DNA of 63,183 nt, the filler included, from Kipferlia bialata (lineage: Eukaryota), in the NCBI GenBank assembly GCA_003568945.1. It is 3 parts of 3 records of this genome, joined end to end, with 100 filler letters (N's around TTAATTAATTAA, not from the genome) between each part and the next. Parts side by side here need not be neighbours in the genome. Positions count along the whole stretch, not along the records: positions 23,894 to 55,850 come from BDIP01000096.1; positions 55,951 to 63,183 come from BDIP01000098.1; 1 more part is not named here. One strand, given 5' to 3'. The position numbers were made by a program, and so were the translations under genes. Below are positions 50,640 through 63,183 of the stretch, piece by piece. The notes below the pieces were generated by a model, which searched no databases, was not told the DNA's origin, and saw only the letters and a list, made by a program, of their open reading frames with translations. Position 1 is the stretch's first letter. Every line of letters begins with the position of its first letter.

Positions 50640-53533
50640 TAGGGGTGAGAGACGCTTGTGTGGAACACACTGTGGGTCTAGATAGAGTGAGGGAGAGTAC
50701 TGAGATAGACATCTAAGAACAAGAGCGAGAGAGAGGATGTACATACATTTGACAGCCATATCCAATGGTGAGTCCGTGGCAAAAGAGGGGCAGAAGTTGA
50801 CCTGGGGGGTTAGATAAATGTACCTGGTATAAACATAACAGTATTGAACAAAGTACAAACACAATTCATATATACTATTTAGCTACCTCTAGCAGATATG
50901 GGTTCAGCGCATCGTCTATCAGAATGTCCACCCCGTATATCTCAAAGCACGCCGCCCCGACCCTACTCGATGATACATAGGGGGAGCCTGGGGTAAGTTG
51001 GTGTATGCCAATGTATGTAAGTAAGGAGTCGAGGTCCCTAACAAACAACAGACAACACATGTCGATTGACAATCAAGATATACAAGAGTATAATGCTGTG
51101 AACAGGGTCTCCCTCACCTGATGACGCAGAGTGCTTATAGGAGTATCGGCTCGTGGTGTACCTGAGGGTGAGTCACATACTACGTAACCTGGACCAATAT
51201 ACATTCTGGAAATGATACGACATACACATCTAAATAGTACAATACATATATACCTCGCCACCCTAGGCTCACACGACACCAGGGTCTTGATCAACAGGCT
51301 GTCTATCCTCTTCTGCAGATGGGCGATGTCACTGGTGGTGTGGGTGCGGCCTGGGGTGAGACAATGTGTTTACCACTCACACTATGTATACGTTAGGAAT
51401 CTCTGATCAACACTACATGACTATACTGTTGAAATATGCATCCGTATCAATAACTATATATAGACAAATACACATCCATACCTAGGTGCTCCCACAGAGA
51501 CCTCAGCGATCTCTTGCTGCCAGTGGTATCATCCTCATTGGTAGGTTGCTTGTAGAGGGAGCTGCGCCTATGTGGTTAGAGGGGCAACTAGGAATGAAGA
51601 ATACTGATAGAGTAATACTGGAAAGAAAGACAACATTGCCTATATATTCACTTACTCACTTGTTGATGCTGTAGTTTGTGAGGTGGGAGCACAGCTTCTC
51701 CCTAGATACATTGTGCATGTCACCATGCGAGTAGGGCCTGGTGGCTAGTCTAGCGTGTTAGAAGCGTGTTAGAAGCGTTAGTTAGAACACACACATAACA
51801 AATACGTATATATATCTATATACACCTGACCAGCCCATCTTCGTGTAGGTACATGACTAGAGGGTCCCATGAGGTCACAAGGAGGTACACCCGGATGTCG
51901 AACTTCTTGGTCTCTGGGGGTGAGGCGGAGGTGCGTTTACGAAGTCAAATACCAAGTATCCCTTTGAGATAATTGAATAACAAAATAGATTTTTGACATG
52001 GTATGCGCTTTTACTATACTCCAGAGTGTATATCCTGCCTACCTAGCAGATATGGGTTGGATATGTACTCCGACACCACAAATGACCCAGCCCCGTGGGA
52101 GGGGAGGTCGGTCAGGTGGGACACGAGCCTGAGGGTTATATGACATGTATCTAACCAGTAAAACAGTAACATGAATATATTCGTTCCTATACACTTGTCT
52201 TAACACACCTGTACACACCTTTACCAATTGTAGTTACACACACACAGACACACATTTATATATATACATATATACCTGATCCCCCTTCCGCACGAGCTGC
52301 TGCTGGGCTTGACAATCAAGGGTGGGAACACTATGTCCCCATCCCTGTCTAGCCTAGTACCCACATCCTCACAGTACTCAACTAGCTGGGGGTTAGAAAC
52401 CATTCTATATATACTGAGACTCTCATTCTCACTAGTACTACTTAACAAGCTGGGGTTAGCAAAAACATACATTAAGAAATACACTGTACATACCTGCTTT
52501 GTGTCCCCTGGGAGGATCCATGACTTGGGGAAGAAGGACCAGTCCTCAGTGCGTCTGGAGGGAGAGAGAGAGACATAGAGAGAGAGAAGGAATGGTAGCA
52601 TATTGGGTAGGTTGTATTCTACAGTATGAAACACGGTCCTTGCAAATATACATATACTTGTTCATGTACCTTGTTTCTGCGTGTCTCTGGATGTTTCTGA
52701 CCAGACAGTCCTTCCTGGGGTTAGGAGTGTATACATTAGTATGCATAGTTGTATATGTGTGTGTACATGGACAATTTGCAAACGCAGTACCACACGCGAA
52801 TACCTTGTCATCTCGTATGACCTCCATATATAAGGTACAGAATCTCAGTACAAATATAGTATATGTAGTATGATATGTACCTTATCATCTCGTATGACTT
52901 CCATATATAAGGTACAGAATCTCAGTACACATATTTCAATACATCATTTCAAATGTGCTATATGCACACACCTTGTCATCTCGTATGAGTGCGGGAAGTG
53001 GTTCAGACTCTGGTGTGTGGGGGTGGTCCTAACAGTGCTGGGGTGAGGGTGAGGACATGGAGAGAGAGCAATAGAGTACAGTGATTGGTTTGGTTTAGTA
53101 TATATATAGATAGATACCTAGGCGGCACGTGCTTCCCACTCCAGTGCAGGTTCCAGTTGGACCCATTAGTCTTGACAAAGCCTGGGGGTGAGACAGATAC
53201 ATATGGTAGTAATATAGACAACATAAGATGACCAGATGACCACATATCACACATCATATATTGAGGTATCTGCCGTTGGTCTTGACAAATCCTGGGGGTG
53301 AGAGGTTTACATAGACACATTGTAGGTAAAGAGAGTGATAGGTGGGATGATGAATTCACTGAACTAGAGTATAATACATTTCTCATATCAATGTCATATG
53401 TACCTGCCGCCTCCAGTGTTGCCCTCACTATGGCAGGGCATGTCCTGGTGACCTTGTAGTGCAGGGTGGGCCAGTTGCCTACGGGTGAGGGGGGGGGGGA
53501 GAGAGAGAGAATGAGGAGGAGGAGGTCCAGAAG

Positions 53534-53582
<49 letters not shown>

Positions 53583-53950
53583 GAAATCAGTGCACATGCA
53601 TATGAGCATACTACGGTGTGGACTATTCAGTACACATGCACACCTTGTGGGTTTGGCCTTGGTGTGAGTGACGACACTGCCTGAAAGTGCACATAGTCCC
53701 TCCCTGCCCCCTGTGCAGGCACCCTACCCACTACGGTATGTGCCTGGGCAGCCCTCGCCAGTGCACTCTCTCCCTCCCCCCCTCTCTCCCTCTCCCCCTC
53801 CCTCACTCCTTGCCTTACACCTGTATCACTTTCATGCCCAGTGTCTATCTTCTCTGCAGTGCTCCCTCTCCCGCTACCAGGGTCCTGGCAGTCCGTATCT
53901 GTGTCAGTATCGCACTGCTGGTACTGAGAGACAGGCAGGGGTGCAGGCAT
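49042..53950 (-). CDS. TTLL: Tubulin-tyrosine-ligase-like polyglutamylase (TTLL family)
   Basis: Exons [99 protein letters not shown] and [27 protein letters not shown], with ExN intact. Confidence 0.93.
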
Positions 53951-54290
53951 AGCCACTCTAGCAGAGTGACTCTACCTCTCTACCCTACACTCCGGCACTC
54001 TCTCCTCCCAATTCCACAGACCCAATACTGGCTCGATAGTACAGGTATAATACACACTTGAACTACTCTCTCAGGGGCTATTAACCAGAGTAGAGCTCCA
54101 GGTATCAGTATCCTCTGACCAGAAGAGTAGCACTCTGCTTCAAATGTTAGCAGAATAAGAGAGACAAAAACGACAAAGGGGTGTAGCGTTTGTCAGCTTG
54201 TCGAGGTCAGACAGTAGCTCGTCTGTCTCTTCACCTAACCGTATACCTAGTTATACACACCCACAACCAAGTTGAACCCCACCCCTTGCG

Positions 54291-54916
54291 ATGATCGACG
54301 ACCACCTGGTGCATCTGCCCACCGACGGTGCCTGTATTGCCCTGGAGAGTGTGCCCGGGTACTACCTCCACACCAAGAGGGGCAAGGTGTACTACGACAA
54401 AGCCAAGCACTTTGGACCCAAGAACACATTCAGGTACATTGAGATCGCCAATGAGGGGCCAGACCACGCCGTCTGCCAGCTCGTGTGCACCGATGGAGTG
54501 CTGATTGTACAGGTATGGGCAGGAGACTATATCTGACTGACAGATCAAGTGTACACACGGTTGCGTGTAGTGGGTATATGTATACTATGGGTTATATATA
54601 GGATTGTTTATGTGCCGGAGACACGGTAGATCGTGTGGGAGTCGATATGTGTTGGGGTGGTGGTGTGTGTGGTAGTGTGCGAACCCTCTGACAGGATCTG
54701 AACCATATTTGATTATACACGCTTGTAAGTAACCAAAACAGCACTCTAATGGGTATATCTGTATATTGAGTGCCTCTACTGGCAATGACTGTGAAAGATA
54801 CGCCTCTAGGCATCCGTGTTGTGTGTAACCCAGTCAATGTGTGAATTGGGTACCAATGTGTTTCCACCTACTCATGTACCTATCTCCCTTGTTTATCTCT
54901 CTACACCATTACCGTA

Positions 54917-54974
<58 letters not shown>

Positions 54975-55136
54975 ACCCTCAGAAGAAGAAGGTTGTGGTC
55001 ACAGACAGGGTGACATTCAATGAGAAGGCACCCCACAAGCCAGAGAACTGGGGTGGGTGGATTGTTCTTCTCCCTAAGTATCTGTCTCCCCCCTCTCTTA
55101 TGGTACTCCACATCCCAGAGTGTCCCCCCTCCCCCA

Positions 55137-55172
<36 letters not shown>

Positions 55173-55628
55173 CAAACATCTTACCTCAGGCACCTTCCAC
55201 ATTGCCAGAGTGGGACCAGGCGAGTTCGCCTTCTACTCCCTCAAGAAGTCAAGCCCCTTCTACCTAGGTACTGATTGGTACTGTCTCCAACCTCCCCCCT
55301 ATTCACACACATCATACCAGTGTAACTTTGTATAATCTTTTACATGCTATATATGTTATCTCCTCACTTCTCCAGGCCACGATGGCAAGCACCCAGCCGT
55401 GGACTCCCTCTGTGCCACATGTTCCATGTTCAGACTGGTCACTGCACCACAGGTATATATGTGTAGTATATATAGTGTTTATATATATAGTATATATACT
55501 GCATATGTATCTAATATATACTATATATACATATACTCTCTGTGCCACATGCTCCATGTTCAGACTGGTCACTACGCCTCAGGTATTTACTGTACATACT
55601 ATACATGTATATGTATTAGTATGTGTCC

Positions 55629-55672
<44 letters not shown>

Positions 55673-55738
55673 TATGCTCACCCCAGGTCCCCATCACGGA
55701 TGTCCATGGCAAGAGGGCCAAGACACGCCCATCCACAG
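54291..55738 (+). CDS. Fascin-like beta-trefoil domain protein, truncated at contig end
   Basis: CIALESVPGYYLHT..NTFRYIE and TFHIARVGPGEFAFYSLKKSSPFYLG match the fascin-like xALxSxxGxYL...FxL pattern. Five exons precede the gap. Confidence 0.55.
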
Positions 55739-55804
55739 GTATGAGACATATGTATACAGTACATTACCATGATGCCATATACCCGAATTCACTCCTCCTC
55801 TCTC

Positions 55805-55850
<46 letters not shown>

Positions 55851-55950
55851 NNNNNNNNNNNNNNNNNNNNNNNNNNNNNNNNNNNNNNNNNNNNTTAATT
55901 AATTAANNNNNNNNNNNNNNNNNNNNNNNNNNNNNNNNNNNNNNNNNNNN
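55851..55950. other. Artificial contig spacer (N44-TTAATTAATTAA-N44)
   Basis: Exactly 100 bp, linker at 55895-55906. Confidence 0.97.
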
Positions 55951-56024
55951 GCGCAAACCCCCCCATATTCAGTTCCCCCCCCCCCCCCCCCTCCACTATA
56001 AACTCAGATGCGTCCTACCTTACC

Positions 56025-57085
56025 CACCGTTGGCACTGCCTCTTCGTACTTGAGACCTTCCACGTAAAAGCCCCTCTCTCTAAGGGTGAGGGGAGAGATG
56101 TCAAGATGGAAGTATGTTCAATACACACACACACACATATATATATATATTTACATATATATTTATATATATACGTATTCCCACCTGCTATGCCGGACTG
56201 TGAGTGGGCGTCCCGTTCTGATGTCGTGGACCTAGGGTTAAAGGGGAAAATACTGGAGAGTCACAGAGAGGCCGGTACCTTGTTTCTGGATATCTCGACT
56301 GCCCCGAGAGTGAGAATCTCCCCGTGCTCATACAGCTGTCTGGGGTTAGCTGTATAAAGGATCACTTAACGAGCAATGAGCAAAGAGATGAGTACCTGAT
56401 CGCGAGGCTAGCGATACTGGATCCACCCTTTCCACTGTCTCTCTTGGAACACTGGGCATTGTTACCTGAAGAAGTGAGAAAGACGTGACCAAGGTCCAAG
56501 AGAGATAGACATTACTGATTCCCAAGCATACCTATTCCTAAGGCACCTCCCATACCGACGAGAACTGCACTGCGACCCTGAGTGAGAGACAGAAGGGAGA
56601 GAAGTAAGGAGCAACACACACACGGTGCCCACCTCGCATACATCCTCCACCAGAGGCTCTGCCGCCATGTGGTACACACCCTCTGCCCCTGTGTCTCTGT
56701 CGGTGCCCCTGCCCCTCTTCCCCCGGCCACCACTCCCAAACACAGAGTCAAACGTAAAGTGTCTGGCATCGTACTCACTCTCTGTGATGTGCAACGACCT
56801 GGAGTTGAAGCTAAGAATTACTGGACGCCGAAAATTCATCACATACATAAATGGCAGCTCTTAGAGCATGAAATAGCAAAAGGGAAGAGAGGGGAATGAG
56901 AACCTGTTGATGCCATCATCCTCAGGCAACCCCACCGACACTACGGGCGCTCCACCATCGGTGACACAGTGCTCGCCTGGGGCAGGGGGGCGAACCTGGT
57001 TGAGAGGGAACAGGCAATTGTAACCCCTATCGCAACACATACATACCTTGACAAACACCCGAACATGTGCCCCAGTCTTCCGCAT
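56025..57085 (-). CDS. Kinesin motor-domain protein with degenerate P-loop, truncated at contig end
   Basis: MRKTGAHVRVFVKVRPP, RHFTFDSVF, VYHMAAEPLVEDVCEG and GFYVEGL are kinesin motor motifs. The P-loop position reads GRSAVLVGMGGALGIG. Confidence 0.85.
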
Positions 57086-57350
57086 CACACCCTATTCTCA
57101 AGCACACCAATCTAACGAGGGTGAAGAGTCCTAGCTAGGTGGGAGAGTAGACGAGAAATCTAACTCTGTCCTCCACTGAACCCCTCAGTACACTGTCTTC
57201 AAAAACAGTTTTTTGGTGATGACACAAAGGGTTCAATGGTGGTCCTTATGGCCCAAACGGAAGAGAATCGGAGAATCGGATTGTCTTGGAGACATTCGGA
57301 GAAGGGGAACAGAGCAGAGAAGCCGGCCTCTCTTCGCAGAACAAGGAAAC

Positions 57351-57980
57351 ATGTCTGACGTAAGTTGGTTTTGGGTCTAACCTGCGTTTTTGTTGTCTTG
57401 GTGTTTTGTTCTTTGCACATGTGTAGCGGTATGAGTTGTTGTGGACTCTCCGTCCCGGATTGTTGATTGTTGGAAGATACGGTCTTTCTTTCGGACGAGT
57501 GTACAGTTATTATCTTTTGCTGCGTGTTCCAAGGTGTTGCATATAGGTTTCTTACGCCAGTCTGAGGGATCTGATCTGTTCGGTGGAGACGAGGAGATCC
57601 ACGACTCTGATTACGAGGCTGAGGAGAGGATCCGCAAGGCTGCCCTTGAGCACAACAAGGCCAAGGCTGCCAGGGATGCCGCTGCCGGCAAGAAGAAGGC
57701 TGCTGCCCAGTCCATGATCGTGCTTGAGATCAAGCCCTACGATGAGGAGACTGACCTGAAGAAGCTCGCTGAGAGCATCAGGAACAAGATCACCAAGGAG
57801 GGCCTCAAGTGGGGTGAGGACACCCTTGCCGATATGGCCTTCGGACTCCAGAAGCTCATCTTCCCCCTGTCCATCGTCGACGACCTTGTGTCCATCGATG
57901 ACGATGTCATCATGGTGATCGAGGAGGAGTTCGAGGACGACGTCCAGTCCATCGAGATCGCCGCTTTCAACAAGCTGTAA
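57351..57980 (+). CDS. EF1B: Translation elongation factor 1-beta (eEF1B alpha/delta type GEF), short 142-aa form
   Basis: Exon 1 is ATGTCTGAC (57351-57359), intron 57360-57560, exon 2 DLFG..AQSMIVLEIKPYDEETDL..GLKWG..MAFGLQKL..DDVQSIEIAAFNKL*. Confidence 0.95.
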
Positions 57981-58169
57981 GCTGTTTGCTTATGTCCTGT
58001 TGGGAACGATTGTGGGAGTTTTGGTTTGCGTATGCTTCCCAAGTCTTGTGCATAAATTATAGAACCCAGTATGGTTCATGAGTTTGTTGTGTGGCCATGT
58101 ATTAATATAGTGCATGCACTACAGTTGAATTGGTGGGGATACGGTTGTTTGGACAAGAGTGGGGCTCTT

Positions 58170-59537
58170 CTATTTGCCAGGTGTGATTGTACTCTCAGTG
58201 AGGAAGACGCTTGCTTCAATACATATACAGGACCCGTTCTGAACGAAGGCGAGGAGAACCTGTGAGTGGGTGAGAATCTACGCGATTGAAGTGAAAACAA
58301 CAGAGGACAACGTTTCCGCCTTTCCTCAACTGCCCCTTACCTTCTTCTTCGCGGTCATGGCACTCCTAACTATGCCTAGACGTGAGAAGACAGAGAGAGA
58401 CAATTTGAGAAGGGTATCAAAGGCAGCACAAAAGTGTTACTACCATACCTATGAGCCACGATGGTGGCATCGCTTCTCTATCGTCGGAGTACACAACCAC
58501 TACATACTCAGAGTGGGCGTGAGGCACTCCCGCAGCCAGTTCTCTCTTGACACTCAGGTCCCGGTCCTTTACCTTGTGCCTGGGACCTCTCTTCATCTTG
58601 CCCCTCTGCTGCTTAGCCGAAGGAGAGACCACTTCTTTACACTCGGAAGCTGGAGACAGCGATGTCTGATCCCCCATACGCACTCCTGATCCACTGGTTG
58701 TAAGTCCAGGGGCCACACCAGGCCTCTGCCCCTTCTCTGTTTTATCAACAGGGCAAGGAGAGGTTGGGGCCGCGTCTGACCCCTCAGGCTTGTCGGCTCT
58801 TCGGTATGCTAGCCAGTCCCCGGCAAACCCAGACGCAGGACGAAGCAGCCACCCCTGAACAATAAGAGACCCAGACTCTGATAGTCATTTGGGAGTGTCA
58901 TATGATACCTGGCGAGTAAGAGCTCTGAACGCCACGTACTCCTGAGTCCTCCTGCCTGCCACCACCATTGCGTCTACCGTGGCTTGCATTGGGTCAGATA
59001 GCCCTGCAATCAGAGTGACATGGAGTCCCCTGACTAGAGAGATCGGGTCTTACCAAGAGTGTCAATGAAAGCCGGATCCGTCTGGGCTATGTATGCCAGT
59101 TGGTGCTGTGAGACGCAGAAGAGAGGAGGGGCTCTGGGAAGAGGTCCGACTGAGTGCCGAAGATGTCCCAACTCGAGCACTCTCTCTTGCATGAGATTGA
59201 TGATGCCATACATATCAGTATCAGTATCTCATACGTGGGAGAGGATAACCCAATCAACTAACTATGCACACATCATACTCAATAGGGAGGGAGGCCGAGC
59301 ACAGCCAGGCAGTCCATATCACTCACCTACCACAATGCACATGCCTGTGAGACACTCCTGCTGTGCTTCAGACAGAAGCAGCATCACAGACGCCAATGCA
59401 GGTTGTGTGGGTGGGGGATGCTCTGCAACCTGCACGAAACAAGCATCCCCTCCAAGCGCAACCCCTTCATTTCTCAACGGCTCTGCATACCTCTCCCTCG
59501 CTTCATCATCACTAGCCTTTGAGGCAGGTCGGTCCAT
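58170..59537 (-). CDS. tRNA-splicing endonuclease catalytic subunit (Sen2/Sen34 family); start approximate
   Basis: Spliced product YVAFRALTRQ|GWLLRPASGFAGDWLAY...HSEYVVVV..WLI|GIVRSAMTAKKK|VLLAFV matches the EndA/TSEN catalytic domain with the Tyr-His-Lys triad positions retained. Confidence 0.85.
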
Positions 59538-59678
59538 TAGTCTCTGAAGAGAAGAGGAGGACCCACTTAGTATGGGGCACAGACCCCATCAACGTTTGAA
59601 GAACGGTGAGTCACACTCAACAGTTGCTGAGTGACTTCATGTTTCACGACCCTCTCCTTGTGCCTAAAGACGAGTCAA

Positions 59679-61045
59679 ATGGTTAGTGTTCTTATTGGAC
59701 TCGGAGATGGTACGTCATTGTAGTGTGCCACTGCAGGAAGAGGGTGGTGTCTACTTTGATTCTATACTCTTCTATTATCATTGATTATCAACCTGTAGTA
59801 TACAGTTGGTTGTTCTCCCTCCCCCCACCCCCCTACCCCATCAGCTGGATCATATTCCTATAGTTCGTACTGACATATTTGTCTCTTCCGTATTCGTATT
59901 CCTATTCCTTGGCCAGACCTTAAGACTCTGTTCATTGACCTCTCCACCAGTAAGAGACCTATCTGACCATAGGATTTGAGGAGATTGAGGCATTTGCCGC
60001 CATTGACATCCTCAGGAGGGCCAAGTTCAATGTGACTATCGCAGGCGTTACAGAGACAGTGACTAGTGCTCGGTGGGTAGATCTGTATGTGTTCAGTAGT
60101 ACACCCCTGCTCCCCCGCGTCTACCCTCTCACCACAGTGACATCACCATCAGGTGTGACTGCACTCTGGATGAGGCACTAGGTGGGGGATGTTGTGACCA
60201 CAGCATACATTAGTCTCAGTGTAGTCATACTACTGTGCCCCAATTCACCCAGGCCGCTCCTTTGATGCCGTGGCATTCCCTGGGGGAATGGGACAGGTAG
60301 GGTGTCCTGCCACTGTCTGTACTATCCTACTCTGTGTGTCCCAGAGTACACATACATACTAGTAGTACTCTACCCAACCTCAGGCCAAGGCTATTCACAC
60401 GTCTGCCCCGGCTAGGGCCCTCGCGGAGAAGGTACATGCATGTCCTAGTTGAGCTCTATCCTTGAGAGACTCTCTACAATCCCCCTCATCATCAGGCACT
60501 CAGCAGGGACAAGGTCCTGGCTGGGATCTGCGCCACTCCTGGTGTTGCTCTGGCCCCTTGGGGTGTCATGCGCGGCAGGAAGGCCACGTGCTACCCTGGA
60601 TGTACGCACCTGCATTGTCTCCTCCATTGTGTACCTTCTAACTGTATTCATTCAAGCTGTCAAGCTTCTGGACATTTACTGTGACTATAGATATATGTAT
60701 ACCCCCTCTCTTTGACCTCAGGCGAGGGCACCTTTGCGGCTGGGGGCGTGGAGTATGTGACTGAGACTGTGGTGGTGGACAGGACACAGGGCAAGGGGAC
60801 CCTGGTCACAAGGTGGGTCGGCCCCTCCCCCTCTCTGATAGTCTTACTATGCAGTGTCCCCTTACTCACCCTGCAGCAGGGGCCCCGGGACAGCAATGGC
60901 ATGGGCATATGCAGTGGTGTCTGCCATTGAGGGGTCAGAGGGTGAGGGTATCTACTAGTCCCGTATCAACACCCCTTCCACATACACACTCTCCATGTCT
61001 CACCCAGCCCACGCTGACCAGCTGAAGAAGGGAATGCTCTTCTGA
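59679..61045 (+). CDS. DJ-1: DJ-1/YajL/ThiJ family glyoxalase-deglycase
   Basis: MVSVLIGLGDG|FEEIEAFAAIDILRRA..FDAVAFPGGMG..AGICATP (catalytic Cys)..ATCYPG..LVTSRGPGTAM..KKGMLF*. Confidence 0.93.
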
Positions 61046-61198
61046 GGCAGCTCATGTCTGGCTGCCACATAGCCTTCCGGAGGGCCTAAGAGAATAGAAA
61101 TTGGGTAATAACCGAAGCGATGTTCGAACCATTTTCCTATGAACGGCCACAGCCACTGCTACAAACATGATGTGATATTAATATATTTATACTTTTTA

Positions 61199-63183
<1,985 letters not shown>

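Noticed and set aside
26533..57085. Apparent flagellar gene cluster (MOK/LF4, TTLL, kinesin)
   Set aside because: The genes are separated by unrelated genes, possible misjoins and an artificial contig junction.
57217..57358. GTGATGA ... CTGA as a C/D box snoRNA
   Set aside because: The only D box overlaps the EF1B first exon and no terminal stem is evident.
57978..57980. Possible TAA/TAG-to-Gln code as in hexamitine diplomonads
   Set aside because: EF1B and DDX3 end in TAA at their expected C-termini, other genes end in TAG, and no in-frame TAR was needed in conserved exons.

Overview
This is intron-rich eukaryotic genomic DNA, not prokaryotic, so the ORF track is mostly misleading. It holds three contigs joined by artificial 100-bp spacers (N44-TTAATTAATTAA-N44 at 23794-23893 and 55851-55950). 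The intron style is GT...CTCACCCCAG-type 3' ends filled with (TA)n/(GA)n microsatellites. That style, plus a divergent kelch-like gene and the standard genetic code, suggests a free-living fornicate such as Kipferlia (inference only). I spliced exons by hand and found about 18 genes: kelch-like propeller, two unknown multi-exon genes, an intronless orphan, a large RNI-like LRR protein, an LPCAT-like acyltransferase, a bacterial-type MFS transporter (C-terminal half), MOK/LF4 kinase, an SDS22-type LRR protein, a head-to-head pair of degenerate KH-like proteins, a RasGAP-like/VPS9-like protein, a TTLL polyglutamylase, a fascin-like protein, a P-loop-degenerate kinesin, a short EF1B, a tRNA-splicing endonuclease with a 96-aa insertion, DJ-1 and DDX3/Ded1. 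The most striking unexplained structure is a pervasive pattern of 'echo exons'. These are 15-60 nt copies of exon ends, complete with their splice sites, repeated 2-4 times inside neighbouring introns. Acceptor-side copies lie upstream of the true exon and donor-side copies downstream. Gene boundaries are hand-derived and approximate where stated.
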